NCBI RefSeq assembly: GCF_006345805.1
Contig: NC_043005.1
Coordinates: 108,500,001 to 108,564,000 of the forward strand
Reading direction: 5' to 3'
DNA from: Octopus sinensis
Lineage: Eukaryota
DNA: 64,000 nucleotides
The translations under genes and the position numbers were made by a program. Below, piece after piece: positions 1-12,999 of the stretch. Position 1 is the stretch's first letter; each line of letters begins with the position of its first letter. The notes below the pieces were generated by a model, which saw only the letters and a list, made by a program, of their open reading frames with translations, made no database searches and was not told the origin of the DNA.

Positions 1-100
1 CAGTCCCACTATGGGCTACCTTGTGCAAGTGTCTTCTACTATAGCCCTAGGCTGACCAAACGTTTCTGACTGAGTTTGGTAGATGAAAACTGAAAGAAGC
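1..100 (+). mobile_element. tRNA-derived SINE family A, partial (cut by window start)
   Basis: CAGTCCCACT...GCAAGTGTCTTCTACTATAGCC...GGTAGATGAAAACTGAAAGAAGC matches the full copies at 43727 and 62049. Confidence 0.85.
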
Positions 101-107
101 ACTTTGT

Positions 108-285
108 ATGTGCATATCACTTAGTACTTTTATGTCTTTCTATCTGTCTATCTACCTCTCTTTCTCTATTTCACTCTCCCTATGTGTATATATATATACA
201 TCTACATATATATATATTATATGTATATATTTATATATATACATACATACACACGTGCATATACATATATACATACATACATACA

Positions 286-315
<30 letters not shown>
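108..315. repeat. (TA)n/(TACA)n compound microsatellite
   Basis: Directly visible. Confidence 0.95.
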
Positions 316-316
<1 letters not shown>

Positions 317-556
317 GGCATGTAAAAAGCACCAACCAATCATGGCCATTGCCAGCCTCCCCTGGCATGTCAAAAGCACCCAGTGCACTCACAGAGTAGT
401 TGGTGTTAGGAAGGGCATCCAGCTGTAGAAACACTGTCAGATCAGACTGGAGCCAGGTGCAGCCTCCTGGCTTCCCAAACCCCGGCTCAAATCGTCCAAC
501 CCATGCTAGCAGGGAAAACGGACGTTAAACGATGAAGATGATGATGGTGATGATGA
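316..556 (+). mobile_element. SINE family C (AGGAAGGGCATCC domain, (GAT)n tail typical of RTE-mobilised elements), 5'-truncated
   Basis: Close match to 48108-48338; ends GGACGTTAAACGATGAAGATGATGATG. Confidence 0.8.
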
Positions 557-759
557 TATATACATGCATACATATTGATTCTCCAAATCCAATTTATTAG
601 TGGCACAGTGAAGATTTGCGAGGCATTGCAAAGGTTCATCATCTGAGATTCTTTTGCTGAATAGATGTACACATTTGGATGTGTTCTTCAATAGTTCAGC
701 CAACACACCAACTCACCCCATATATTTACAAATACTAGGAACTGTCTTTGCTTATAAAT

Positions 760-1533
760 GTCTTGTCACTTGGTCATCATCATCACCACCATTGCCATCA
801 TTATCATCACTTGTCATCGCCGTCGTCGTCGTCGTCATCATAGTTGCTGTTCAGATTGTCAGCATTGCCATTGGCTGCTGCAGCAATGGTTATTGTTGCT
901 ATTGGTGGTGGTGGTCAGCAGCAGCGGTCAACAGCATCAATCAGTGGCAGTATTGACAGAGTTAGCATCGTTGTCCCCGTCATCATCGTCATCATTATCA
1001 TTATCATCATCTTTATTATCGTCGTCGTCATCATCAGCATCATCATCATCACTATCACCGTCATCATCACTTTTATCACCAACAACACCAACACCACCAT
1101 GTCACCCTTTTTGTCATCATCATCATCATCATCATCGTCATCGTCGTCGTCGTCGTCATCATCATTCATCATCATTGTCATCAACATCATCATCATCGTC
1201 ATCACTATCACTGTTTACATCACGACAGTTATCACCAACACCACCAACCTCACCATGTCACCCTAATTGCTGTAATCATCATCTCATCATCATCATCTCA
1301 TCATCATCAATGTCATCATCATCATCATCATTATCGTCATAATTTTCATCACTGTTATCATCATCATCATTGTCGTCGTCGTCGTCGTCATCATCATCAT
1401 CCTCATTCATTATCACTGTCATCAACATCATCATCCTCATCGTCATCACTATCATTGTTTTCATCACGTCACTGTTATCACGAATACCACCAACCTCACC
1501 ATGTCACTGTTATTGCCATCATCATCATTCTCG

Positions 1534-1579
<46 letters not shown>

Positions 1580-1710
1580 TGTCATCATTATTATCATCAT
1601 CACCATCACTGTTAACACCAACACCACCATGTCACCCTTATTGTTGTCATTGTCATTCCCGTCATCATCTTTATCAGTGTTGTCATCATCAACATCATCG
1701 TCATTATAAT
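760..1710. repeat. Degenerate (CAT)n array with higher-order repeat units
   Basis: CAT/CGT triplets; anchor motif CACCATGTCAC recurs near 1096, 1251, 1497 and 1626. Confidence 0.9.
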
Positions 1711-2159
1711 CACCCTGTGATGTAATTGCACGCGATTGTCAATCAATGAAATCGGGTGTGCAAATACAAATATATGTTAAAGTGCCTGAAAATGTGTAAA
1801 TATAAATATTTGTGAGTGTGACTGTTTGTGATTACATGTGAATACGTGAGTTTGCACTTGTGTATATGGGATTATGTGAAAATTGTGTACGTATGTAACA
1901 TGCTTTTGAGTTATAGTGAGGATGTAATTGAGTCAGTGCAAGTGATCGTGTCTCTCTGTGCATTACTGTGTGTGTACATGTATGTGACTATATCTTCTGT
2001 AAGTTACCATTTGTATGTTTTTATGTGTTCATATATTATTCTGGTGTGTATGTGTGTGCTTGTGTGTGTTTGAGAATGACACTAAGTGTGAGATAGTGTG
2101 TATGCACGGGTGGATCAACGTGTGCATGCAGATGTATCTGTGCACCAGAGGAAATGTAT

Positions 2160-2296
2160 CTCTGTATGGATGTCTGCATATGTGAATATGTATGTGAATT
2201 TTTAAGTCTATTTGTACATCCATATATATATATATGTATTTATGTACAACTGCTGTATAGGATGTATATGTGTATGACTCTCTCTCTCTCTCTCCG

Positions 2297-2334
<38 letters not shown>

Positions 2335-2450
2335 TATATATATATATACATATATATATACATATATATACACACACACATATATATATATATACATATA
2401 TATACATAAGTATGTATGTGTGTATGAATTTATGTATGTGTCTCTCTAGA
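2160..2450. repeat. (TC)n/(TA)n/(CA)n compound microsatellite
   Basis: Directly visible. Confidence 0.9.
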
Positions 2451-2785
2451 TACAAACACATTGGTAGATATGTTTTAGCTATATTCTTTATTACCATAGT
2501 AACCAGAACTGCACTTTCAACCCATCAATGCATATTTCTTCAGAATTCCGTTTTTTTTATTTAGTTTTGTTTATTTCATTCAGTTATTATTTATTTATAT
2601 TTTGTCCAAAAACTCACTGTATTGTGAAGATAAAACTAATAATTCTTACGACGGCATGTTCCTAACTGCCTTGAAGTATTTCACTGCAAGGTCAAAGAGC
2701 AAACTGCAGCAATTATCATATAGGCAATAAGAAAATATAGAAATGTAATATATTAAAATAGTAGCATTTCAGGTTAGCATAACCA

Positions 2786-3900
2786 GTAGTAGTAGTAGTA
2801 GTAGTAATTGGTGGTGGTGGTGGTGGTGGTGGTGGTGGTGGTGGTGGTAGTGGTGATGATGGTAGCGGTGGTGATGGTGGCGGTGATGGTAGTGGTGTTG
2901 GTGGTGGTGGTAGTGGTGGTGGTGGTGGTGATGGTGGTAGTGGTGGTGGTGGTGGTGGTGGTGGTGGTGATGGTAATGGTAGTGTTGGTGGTGGTGGTGG
3001 TGGTGATGGTAGCAGTGGTGGTGGTGATGATAGTGGTGGTGGTGGTGATGGTAGTGGTAGTGGTGGTGATGATAGTGGTGGTGATGGTAGTGGTAGTGGT
3101 GATGATGGTAGTGGTGGTGGTGGTGGTGGTGGTGGTGGTGATGGTAGTGGTGATGATGGTAGCGGTGGTGGTGTTGGTGGTGATGGTAGTGGTGGTGGTG
3201 GTGGTGGTGATGGTGGTAGTGGTGGTGGGTGGTGGTGGTGGTGGTGGTGATGGTAATGGTAGTGTTGGTGGTGGTGGTGGTGATGTGATGGTAGCAGTGG
3301 TGGTGGTGATGATAGTGGTGGTGGTGGTGATGTTGTGGTAGTGGTGATGATGGTAGTGGTGTGGTGTGGTGGTGGTGGTGTGGTGATGGTAGTGGTGATG
3401 ATGGTAGCGGTGGTGGTGTTGGTGGTGATGGTAGTGGTGGTGGTGGTGTGGGATGGTGGTAGTGGTGGTGGTGGTGGTTGTGGTGGTGGTGATGGTATGG
3501 TAGTGTTGGTGGTGGTGGTGGTGGTGATGGTAGCAGTGGTGGTGGTGATGATAGTGGTGGTGGTGGTGATGGTAGTGGTAGTGGTGATGATGGTAGTGGT
3601 GGGTGGTGGTGGTGGTGGTGGTGGTGATGGTAGTGGTGATGATGGTAGCGGTGGTGGTGTTGGTGGTGATGGTAGTGGTGGTGGTGGTGGTGGTGATGGT
3701 GGTAGTGGTGGTGATAGTGGTGGTGGCGGTGGTGGCGGTGGTTGTGATGGTGGTGGTGGTGAAGACGACAACAATGACAATGGTGAAGAGGAGGATGATG
3801 ACGACGACGACGATGTCAACAACAGGGACAACTACCACCGCCACCACAGCACACCACCACTATCATCATCATCATTACCATCATCGTCAACAACAGCAAC
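2786..3900. repeat. (TAG)n followed by ~1 kb degenerate (GGT)n array
   Basis: GGT/GAT/AGT triplets. The long ORFs in the track are compositional. Confidence 0.95.
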
Positions 3901-4398
3901 AAAGCAGTGAGGTGGAAGAATTGTTTGCACATCAAACCTGATGCCGAGCAGCACATCTCCTGAGTAGATTGGGTAAAAAAAAGGCAGGGCCTATTGAGTG
4001 TATAAATTATAAGCATTATGCTTTTAGGGCCTCGTTTTTGCAGTGACAAGCAAGATCTTGAAGAGCAAAGAGAAACACCAATCATTTCAGTCCAATGACA
4101 TTTCCATCAGGAGACCCAAATTCTTAAGATTAACAGCGACTACTTTGTTCCATGTCTTCTGCAAGTTCTATCCACTTCAAGCAATCAGCACTTCTTTATA
4201 CAGTTGCTGTCATCCCCATGCATCCATATGCATCACGTGATGCCCAGCATTTGTCTCTTAGACATTACATCTGCTTCCTCACATGACCAATTTTTCTCCC
4301 TAGATTTTCACTTAGTTGTATATGAGCATAGATGTTGCATTCCCATTGCAACATACCAACACAAGCAAGGACATATGCATACGTACATACATACACAC

Positions 4399-4431
<33 letters not shown>

Positions 4432-4437
<6 letters not shown>

Positions 4438-4590
4438 GGGTTCAGCAACGATTTGCTTCACCACACACCAAAGTTTAGAAATAGCAGTCAAAAATCTTAG
4501 CTATTCCTTCTACTTTAAAGCTAAGATTTTTTGACTGCTATTTCTAAACTTCGGTGTGTGGTGAAGCAAATCGTTCCTGAACCCTAATTA
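4432..4590. repeat. Foldback palindrome, 71/72-bp arms with 16-nt loop, TA-flanked (MITE-like)
   Basis: Arms 4432-4502 and 4519-4590; 2 mismatches and 1 indel by eye. Confidence 0.9.
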
Positions 4591-4692
4591 TATAGTATTA
4601 CTTAAACTTACCATGAAATGGTCTTTTTTCATGCCGAATTCTACTTGGTGAAATTATTGATTACTTCTTAATTAATTAATTTCACCCTTTGT

Positions 4693-4733
<41 letters not shown>

Positions 4734-4734
<1 letters not shown>

Positions 4735-5120
4735 TAGCACAATATCACATGGTGTTGCTCGGGTTTGTTTCGACCCTTGAGAATTGGAATTTTTGAAAAG
4801 TAAAAATTTTGCATTATGTAGCTTATTCTCTTTAAGTGAACATTTTTCTGGTTGAAATACACCGAAAAATGGCTACACAGCAGTCTAAACATCATAAAAA
4901 ATAGGGATTTTCATAGGAAAAGAGCACCTTTTTGATGTAAATAATTTTTGGTGTTAACATGGTCTGATTTGAATTTTTGCTTCTACTGAAGGAAGAGCAA
5001 ACCTTCTTCTATCATACTCTCAATTTTGGTCAACTTGCACCACAGGGTCTTGGAGGAGATAGTGTTATTTGAAGGCTACAAAACCTGCCATACACAGACA
5101 ACTTCAGCTTTATATATAAT
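4734..5120 (-). mobile_element. Non-autonomous Helitron (second family), ~390 bp
   Basis: Minus strand begins ...TATATATAAAGCTGAAGTTGTCTGTG and ends with a decayed CCCGAGCAAC hairpin then TGCTAG|T (CTAG at 4734-4737). Confidence 0.65.
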
Positions 5121-5250
5121 ATATATATATATATATATAATATAATATATATATATAAATAATAAATATTAGGGAATAAATCCAAATTTACAGGGAAAAA
5201 ATCAGATTTAGGATTAAATCCAATTTTATAGTAAAATATTATAAAATATT

Positions 5251-5361
5251 ATTAGAGACAAAACCACTATTTTGCAAAACAAACAAGGAAAGACTTAATC
5301 AATACATAATTGATTAAGTCTTTCCTTGTTTGTTTTGCAAAATAGTGGTTTTGTCTCTAAT
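5251..5361. repeat. Perfect 53-bp inverted repeat with 5-nt loop, TA-flanked
   Basis: Arms 5251-5303 and 5309-5361; loop ACATA. Confidence 0.92.
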
Positions 5362-5362
5362 A

Positions 5363-5399
<37 letters not shown>

Positions 5400-5431
5400 C
5401 ATAGATATATATATATATATATATATATATT

Positions 5432-5875
5432 ATCGTCATTTATCATCATTTAATGACCGCCTTCCATACTGGTATGAGTAGGACAGTTTGACAGGGAATT
5501 GGTGAACTGCAGGGCTGTGTTAGGCTCCAGTATCATCTTTGGCATAGTTTCTACAGCTTGATCATCCTCCTCCTCCTCCTCATCATCATCATCATCGTTT
5601 AAAGTCCTCCTTCCATGCTGGCATGGGTTGGATGGTTTGACAGGAGCTGGCCATGCAGAAGCTTGCACCATACTCTTGTGTCTGTTTTGGAATGGTTTTT
5701 ATGGCTGGATGCCCTCTCTAACACTACCCACCCTGCACAGTGGGCTCAGTGCTTTTTATGTGGCACTATCACAGATGAGGTCAGTTTTGGCATGGTTTCT
5801 ATAGCTGGACGCCCTTCCAAATGCCAACCACTTTACAGTGAGGACTGGATGCTTTTTTAAAGTGGCACCAGCACT
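5432..5875 (-). mobile_element. Cluster of 2-3 old SINE family C fragments
   Basis: (CAT)n tails, CCATGCTGGCATGGGTTGGATGG, and repeated GGATGCCCT/GGACGCCCTTCC motifs. Confidence 0.7.
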
Positions 5876-5951
5876 GGCTAGGTCACTAAGTAACTTGCAA
5901 GACAAGAAATCTTTGAGAAGAGAGAGAGCATTGGAGGAGGTGCTCTTGTGT

Positions 5952-6185
5952 AAGGCAGCAATCTGGCAGAAACGTTAGAACACTGGCGAAATGCTTATCG
6001 GTATTTCGCCTGCCGTTACGTTCTGAGTTCAAATTCCGCTGAGGTCGACCTTGCCTTTCATCCTTTCAGGGTCGATAAATAAAGTACCAGTTTCGCACTG
6101 GGGTCGATACAATCGACTTAATCCCTTTGTCTGTCCTTGTTTGTCCTCTCTGTGTTTAGCCCCTTGTGGGTAGTAAAGAAATAAG
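5952..6185 (+). mobile_element. CORE-type tRNA-derived SINE family B
   Basis: TGGCAGAAACGTTAG head, B-box-like GAGTTCAAATTCC, CORE-like GCCTTTCATCCTTTCAGGGTCGATAAAT, tail TTAGCCCCTTGTGGG. Confidence 0.88.
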
Positions 6186-6928
6186 AAAAGTAGGAGAAGG
6201 AAAGTAAAAAAAAAGCTCCCACTGCAAAGAAGGATTACTTGGGAAGGGGAAGGAGAAGATGGGTGGCTGTATACCAGGTGTCAAAAGGGACAAGTACAGG
6301 TATCTTGTTATAGAGGAGATATTGGGATGAAGGAGAGAAGAAGAGGATAGTGATTGGGTGCTAGAGCAAACACTCAAGGAACAAGAAAGTGAGCATAAGA
6401 GAGGAGAAGAATGGTGAGTGATGGGAGGAGATGAGGGAGTGGATATTTTCTTAAGAGTGCAACAAGGGAATAAACAGGTGGAGGTAAGGGTTGGTGCAGT
6501 AAGTTAAAAAAAAACAAAGGTTGGTGTGCAGATGATGGGAAATGCCAGTATGTGGAGGGATCAGGTGGGAAATATAGAAGGAGCTGAGGAAGAGGAGTAG
6601 AACAATGTGTAAAGTGTAGGAGCTGTGAAGAAGAAATGATAAGAATGCATAAAGGACTAAATGCAGCTAATAAAATTTCAACTTGTTATTTGAATCTCTT
6701 GATATATATATATATATGTATATATTAGAAGATTTGGAGATGATGTACAGGTATTTTATATTAGAAGAAAAGAGGTACTCAGAAATCCGGATGGTTTTAT
6801 ATTTACAGATATTTATTTGTATATTACATGTTTTTATACGTCATATATCATATGTTAGCATTTTCGTCCATTCTAATGGAGTTGTCAATTGAACTGTATG
6901 TATGCATACATACATACACATGTACATA

Positions 6929-6968
<40 letters not shown>

Positions 6969-7001
6969 TATATAGTGTGTGTGTGTGTGTGTGTGTGTGT
7001 G

Positions 7002-7368
7002 CGCTTGTTTCAGTCATGAGACTTCAGCCATGCTGGAACACTGCCTCTCCTCAAACAAACGACCCCAGGACTTATCCTATGTAAGCCAAGTAATTATTCT
7101 ATCGGTCTCTTTTTCTGTACCACTAATTTATGGGGATGTAAACACACCAACATCGGTTGTCAAGTGTTGGTGGGGGAGACAAACACAGTCACACAAATTT
7201 ATATAAACATGCGATGGGCTTCTTTCAGTTTCTGTCTACCAATGCCACTCACATGGCTTTGGTCAGCACGAGGCTATAGTAGGAGACACTTGCCAAAGGT
7301 GCCATGAGACCGAACCTGGGACCATATGGTTGGGAAGCAAGCTTCTTACCACACAGTCACTCCTGTGC
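7002..7368 (-). mobile_element. SINE family A
   Basis: Colinear with the reverse complement of 43727-44126. Confidence 0.88.
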
Positions 7369-7463
7369 ATGTATATATATATATATATATATATATGCAT
7401 ATACACATAGAAATATATAGAAGTAGATAGCTAATAGGTAGATAGACATAATGACAGAACATG

Positions 7464-7464
<1 letters not shown>

Positions 7465-7505
<41 letters not shown>

Positions 7506-7518
7506 GAGATAGAGAGAA
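7465..7518. repeat. (GATA)n microsatellite
   Basis: Directly visible. Confidence 0.95.
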
Positions 7519-7569
7519 ATATCATAGTCATGCTTTGCATGACTTTACATTTAAGCAGGAAATATTGTT

Positions 7570-7687
7570 GGTGTATATATATATATATTATATATATACA
7601 ACATATATATATACATACTTATATACATACATATATACATATATACAGTATATATATTATATATATAATATATTCTGTATATATATC

Positions 7688-7732
<45 letters not shown>

Positions 7733-7819
7733 ATATGTATATAATATGTGTGTGTGTATATATATTATATATATATATAATATATATATATATATATGTA
7801 TGTATATATAATATATATG

Positions 7820-7869
<50 letters not shown>

Positions 7870-7927
7870 ACATATATATATATGTATGTATGTATATATA
7901 TATATATGTATATATATAATATATATG

Positions 7928-7980
<53 letters not shown>

Positions 7981-8028
7981 GTATGTATATATATATATAT
8001 ATGTATTAATATATATATAATGTATTAC

Positions 8029-8076
<48 letters not shown>

Positions 8077-8400
8077 GATATATATAAATTTATATATATA
8101 TATATATAATATATATATATATATATTATAATAATACATATAATATATATACTATATATATACACATATATATAAGGTGTATATATATATATGTGTGTGT
8201 AATATATTATTATATATATATATATATATATAATATTATATATATATATATAATATATTACATATATATATAACATATATATAAGTGTATATATATATAT
8301 GTGTGTGTATATATATATTATATATATATTATATATAAGTGTATATATATATGTGTGGTGTGTTATATATATATATTATATATATATAAACATGCACGTA
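7570..8400. repeat. Long degenerate (TA)n microsatellite
   Basis: ~830 bp of TA with interspersed TG/TAA. Confidence 0.95.
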
Positions 8401-9266
8401 TATTATGTGTGCTTACATATATTGACAAAACATTGAAAATAATATGCACAACTTTCCTTAAATTCAACATGCAATTCATTGCCATTCTTGTTATCAAAAT
8501 TCCAGCGATGGGAATTTATGTCTTTGTTAGAAACAAGCCCCTTCTTTATTGGAAGCTTTCAAAGAATTAAAGAAAGAAAAATAACACACATACACACAAG
8601 CACACATGTCTTCTTTGTGTGAATATATGTGTGTGTGTGTGGTATATATGTGAGTGAGCTTGCGTGTGTCTGCGTCTGCGCGTGCATGTGTACATGTGTC
8701 TGTGTGTAGTTGCATAAAATGTATATAAATACAACACATATATAACAAAATAATGTTGGGGAAGAACATAATTAAAGCAAACTTTTAAAGAACACCACTT
8801 ATTTTCCAAGATTCCTCTCATCTCCAGTCTTCAGCCCCACCCGCTTCTCCAGTTCTTTCTGCATCTCTTCACTCCTGAAGTCTACCCCACCCTCCCTTCA
8901 ATTTTTCCCAAACAATACTCTTTCTGCTGTTCCTCTTAGCTTACTCCCAAAACGATTCCAAAAGATTTTCAAGTATTTAAGACATTTTAAGCATTAGATT
9001 CTATAATCTTTTGTTACTTCTTTGACTGATTTCCTGAGAATCTCTTTTATGCAATTCCTCAATCAAACAACTTATTTTATTTATATTCTTCACAAAAGAC
9101 TAACGAGTGAAGCGGTTGTTGCAATGAGAATAAGGAACAGTCTACCATATGTTTCATATGTATAAATATTTGTGCTTGTATGTGCACGCTTAGGTGTATG
9201 TGTAGATATGTTGTATGTTTACATATATGCATATAAGCTTTTGTATCTATATATACATATATAAAC

Positions 9267-9312
<46 letters not shown>

Positions 9313-9704
9313 GTATTTATGTATATATATATTATATTATATATATAATATATATATATATACATATACATATTCACATAAAATGCACATAGAAACATGT
9401 ACAAATATAGCTGCTGTTATATATTAGCTGCACTAAAATGTCTGTCTGTCTGTATGAGGTGTGTTTCTACATTTGTTTAATTGTTTATTTGTTTATTTGT
9501 TTTTATTATCTAACATAGTTGCATTTAAAAACACCATGTGCATATGCAATTGCTTTCCTGTGTAAGCATGTATGTGTGTATTATATCTTAGAGTTTATAT
9601 GTATCTCTATATAAATGTATACATTATACATATATGTGTATATGTACATGTGTACATATGCATGTATGTATATATGTATGTATGTATGTACAAATGCATT
9701 TATG

Positions 9705-9860
9705 TATCATCATGATGGCATGGTTTGCATCTATTGATGAGATTGGACAGATTATAGAACAGCACCAGACTCAAATGTCTATGTTACCATGGTTTTTATG
9801 ACTGGTTGTGTTTTCTTAATTTTACAGACTATACTGGGTACTTTTATAATGGCACCTGTA
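9705..9860 (-). mobile_element. Very old SINE family C fragment
   Basis: Decayed tail and ACAGACTATACTGGGTACTTTTATAATGGCACC, resembling 5830-5875. Confidence 0.4.
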
Positions 9861-10799
9861 GTACTGAAGTCAGCTTGTAACCACGAGAAGCCACTTGACC
9901 GAGTGGAGAGCATAAGCGAGAGGAAGTTAGCTGCATGTTAGATGTTGAGAGGCTAAAGTACAACAGAGAGACAGAAATAGGTGCCCTGCCATAGGGGAGA
10001 TATATTGCTATCGCAGATGGAAAGAGGGAGAAAAATGGTAGCAATGAAATGTAGGGTCAGGCACTCTCAAAGTATAAAAACATGATTATAAAAAAGAATA
10101 AGGACAAAGATTTGAGATGGGTAGGTGAGTAAGTTTGAAAGGGTATGAAAGGACAGGAAGACACAGTTTGAGAGAATTGGGATAGAGGTGAATGTTGTGA
10201 ATGGTGAAGAATTTTGAAGATATGGTCAACGGTGAATATTTGTTTGAAGAGAAGATGGAAGAAATAGGAATATGCCAAGGAGGAAGAGTTGGAAGTCCTA
10301 AAACATGTGTGTAATGAACAGAAGATATAATAAAATAGTAGAGAAATGAGAAATAAGATGATCTGAAATCTGATAGGGGAAGATGGATGTATAGTGATGA
10401 AACTGAAGGTTAGAGGTACATAGGGTTGGATATAGTAAGTGATGAAGAAAGTAGGATGTATAGATGGAAGACACAAGTGAGTGTTGAGAATGATGTATGA
10501 GAGGGTACACAGTGTTAAGAAAGAGGTGTGGTGGTCATAATATGTAGATCTATGAAAAGGGTTTTCAGTGGGAGATAAGGTGGGAAGGAATGATCCTGAG
10601 AATGAGGGATGCATGACAAACAAATGTGGGTCCAAGGTGAAGGATGCAAAAGGGATATGTGCAGTTCTTCTCTTATATACTTAAAACAGCTCAGGGAATA
10701 ATGATGTAATTAGAAGAGTGATGGAGGTATGAGATGTTGGGAAGGGATGATGAGGGCAGTTTGAGTATAGGGCATAAAATATGAAAAATTTGCTTTTAG

Positions 10800-11065
10800 G
10801 ATCTCTTTTAGGTCTTGTGAAGCACAGAGAGTTGCACATCATTTTAGTCATCTCATTCACAAGGCTCAGCATCCTGAGGTCAGTGTTCACTACTTCATCC
10901 CATGTTTTCATCTTCTTCAGGCTCCATCCACATTTTTGGGATTGGCACATCTTAATGCAGCTGTGCTCTTCAATATGAATTATATGTCCATAGCAGCACT
11001 GTCTCCTCTCTTGCACATTTCTTCTGATTCCACTTAAGACCAATTTTTCTCTTAGCACGTTTGCA
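10800..11065 (-). pseudogene. RTE-clade LINE ORF2 C-terminal remnant
   Basis: GIRRNVQERRQCCYGHI...KTWDEVVNTDLRMLSL resembles the RTE tail motif RRLRWYGHV...RKTW...VK.DL. Confidence 0.75.
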
Positions 11066-11481
11066 TAAACACACACACACACACACATTCACACACAAAC
11101 AAGCTGAAAAACTTCCATCCACAGACATATATATATGAAACATAGAGTAACACTTTACAAAGTTTTGTCAGCTTCAATAAAATTTTATACTTGACTCTAC
11201 CTTTGATATTTGAAATCTATTTTCTCCAATTGTATACACACCCAACACTTCCCCCCTCCCCCCCACACACACACACACGAGGAGCGAGAATGAAAGAGAG
11301 TGTCTCCAATATCTTACAACAAGCCTGAAAAATACTGAATTGTGATGAACAGTGAGTCAGATACACCAAATACAATGTTTTGTGTTGACTCTTATAATTC
11401 TCTTTCTCCCTTTCTCTTTACAATATGCATGCACATATGTGTATCATATATACATATGTATGTATGTACGTATGTATGTAA

Positions 11482-11536
<55 letters not shown>

Positions 11537-12579
11537 TATATATGTAACTATGTGTGTGAGAGTTTGAATTGATAGATGGGATATAAGTAGAGAGTGTGTG
11601 TTGGGCATGAAAGTGAAAGTGAGTTTGAAGAAGAAGAGAGACAGTGTATTCAGAATGATAGAAAAAGTGTCAATTTCATCAAGATAAATGACATTTTCTT
11701 ATCCAAAGAAATAAATCATTTAGATACGTATCAAATCAGTGAATTTCACAGATTTTCCTGTACATCCTTTAGCCAAGTATTTTACCATTATATTTTACCC
11801 AAAATTCTTTCTGGTTTCAAGTTGTACAATATGGATTTCTCTACAATGATTATTTGGTGCAGCGATTTTCTTCAAGAGATTTTGAAATGTTTTTGGTTTT
11901 GTATATTTGCTTGCTTGTTTGTTCTTTTATATATTTTTGTGGGGTTTTTTCTACCTATTTCTTTCCATCTTATGCTGCTTCCAATCTGTTTTCCATGCTA
12001 AGATTTCAAGAATTTTCTTCTTCCTTGTTAGAAACAATTTTTCTGAATTTCTTTATTTTTGCATTGCTCTTTATATCTTTTTCTTTTCTTTTTTTTATTT
12101 TCACGTCAGTCAGACACTCTTTCAACAACTCAACCATGAAGTAGGAGTAAAACAACCTTTAAAAAATTGTTTTGTTTTCATCAGGTAAATAAGATTCAAA
12201 GAATGTAGCTTCAAGATATATTCTTTGTTCATGTACAGGTATGATTGGTGTAATCTGGATTAACACATGTCCAGTCCCTGATTTTTGTACAGTTCACTTA
12301 ATACACAACATTATTACCCTTAAGTAATATACGAGTTTAACCAAACTCTTCTGCAAAACATTTTTAATTCACAGACAAATCTTACATTATACACTTTCTG
12401 CAGAATTAATTTTACATCTATGTTTCTCAGGGATGTGTTTTTTCATGGCTAGGCCCCAGTTTCTGAGAATTGATAAGGTGAGGAACACGTCGTCATATTT
12501 AACAATATTACAGTTTTATAAGTCTTAGATCTTCTCCAACACCATGGTAAAGCCAGAAAACTTATTCTTTTATGCTTTT

Positions 12580-12737
12580 ATTCTTTTATTCTTTTATTTG
12601 TTTCAGTCATTTGACTGCAGCCATGCTGGAGCACTGCCTTTAGTTGAACAAATCGACTCCAGGATTTATTCTTTGTAAGCCTGGTACTTAGTCTATCGGT
12701 CTCTTTTGCTAAACCACTAAGTTATGGGGACATAAAT
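12580..12737 (-). mobile_element. SINE family A, 3' half
   Basis: TTTCAGTCATTTGACTGCAGCCATGCTGGAGCACTGCC...CTAAGTTATGGGGACATAAA. Confidence 0.85.
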
Positions 12738-12999
12738 GCATACATCTGAAATGTATTCGAAGGAATTTTCGTTAATATCCTTTTTTTTTTTCAGAAAGTT
12801 ATGAGGAAACAAATTCAGTGGTGCACATTTCTATAGTTATGGCCTAAATTTCCTTAGCGAATGAGTATAATTAAACAAACAAAAAATTCAAAGGAAAATT
12901 AAATGCATCAGAAAAATGACATAAATTAAGAGTTAAATGCGCTTTTATAATATATAACTGGTAGTTAATAGTTTCTGTTAATTACCTATATGCCATGAT

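Noticed and set aside
2716-3910. Long Pro/Thr/His/Val-rich ORFs (up to 371 aa) resembling extensins or mucins
   Set aside because: They are translations of a GGT/ACC array that cannot form stop codons; several frames are open at once and there is no splice or codon evidence.
7530-8400. Tyr-Ile repeat ORFs (also at 19400-19900, 21000-22500, 56900-57400)
   Set aside because: (TA)n microsatellite translations.
8780-9060. Possible further ORF1-like remnant on the minus strand
   Set aside because: Similarity is limited to a few residues and cannot be supported by eye.
10057-10635. 192-aa ORF
   Set aside because: Pyrimidine-biased strand with no recognisable motif; probably an old repeat remnant.
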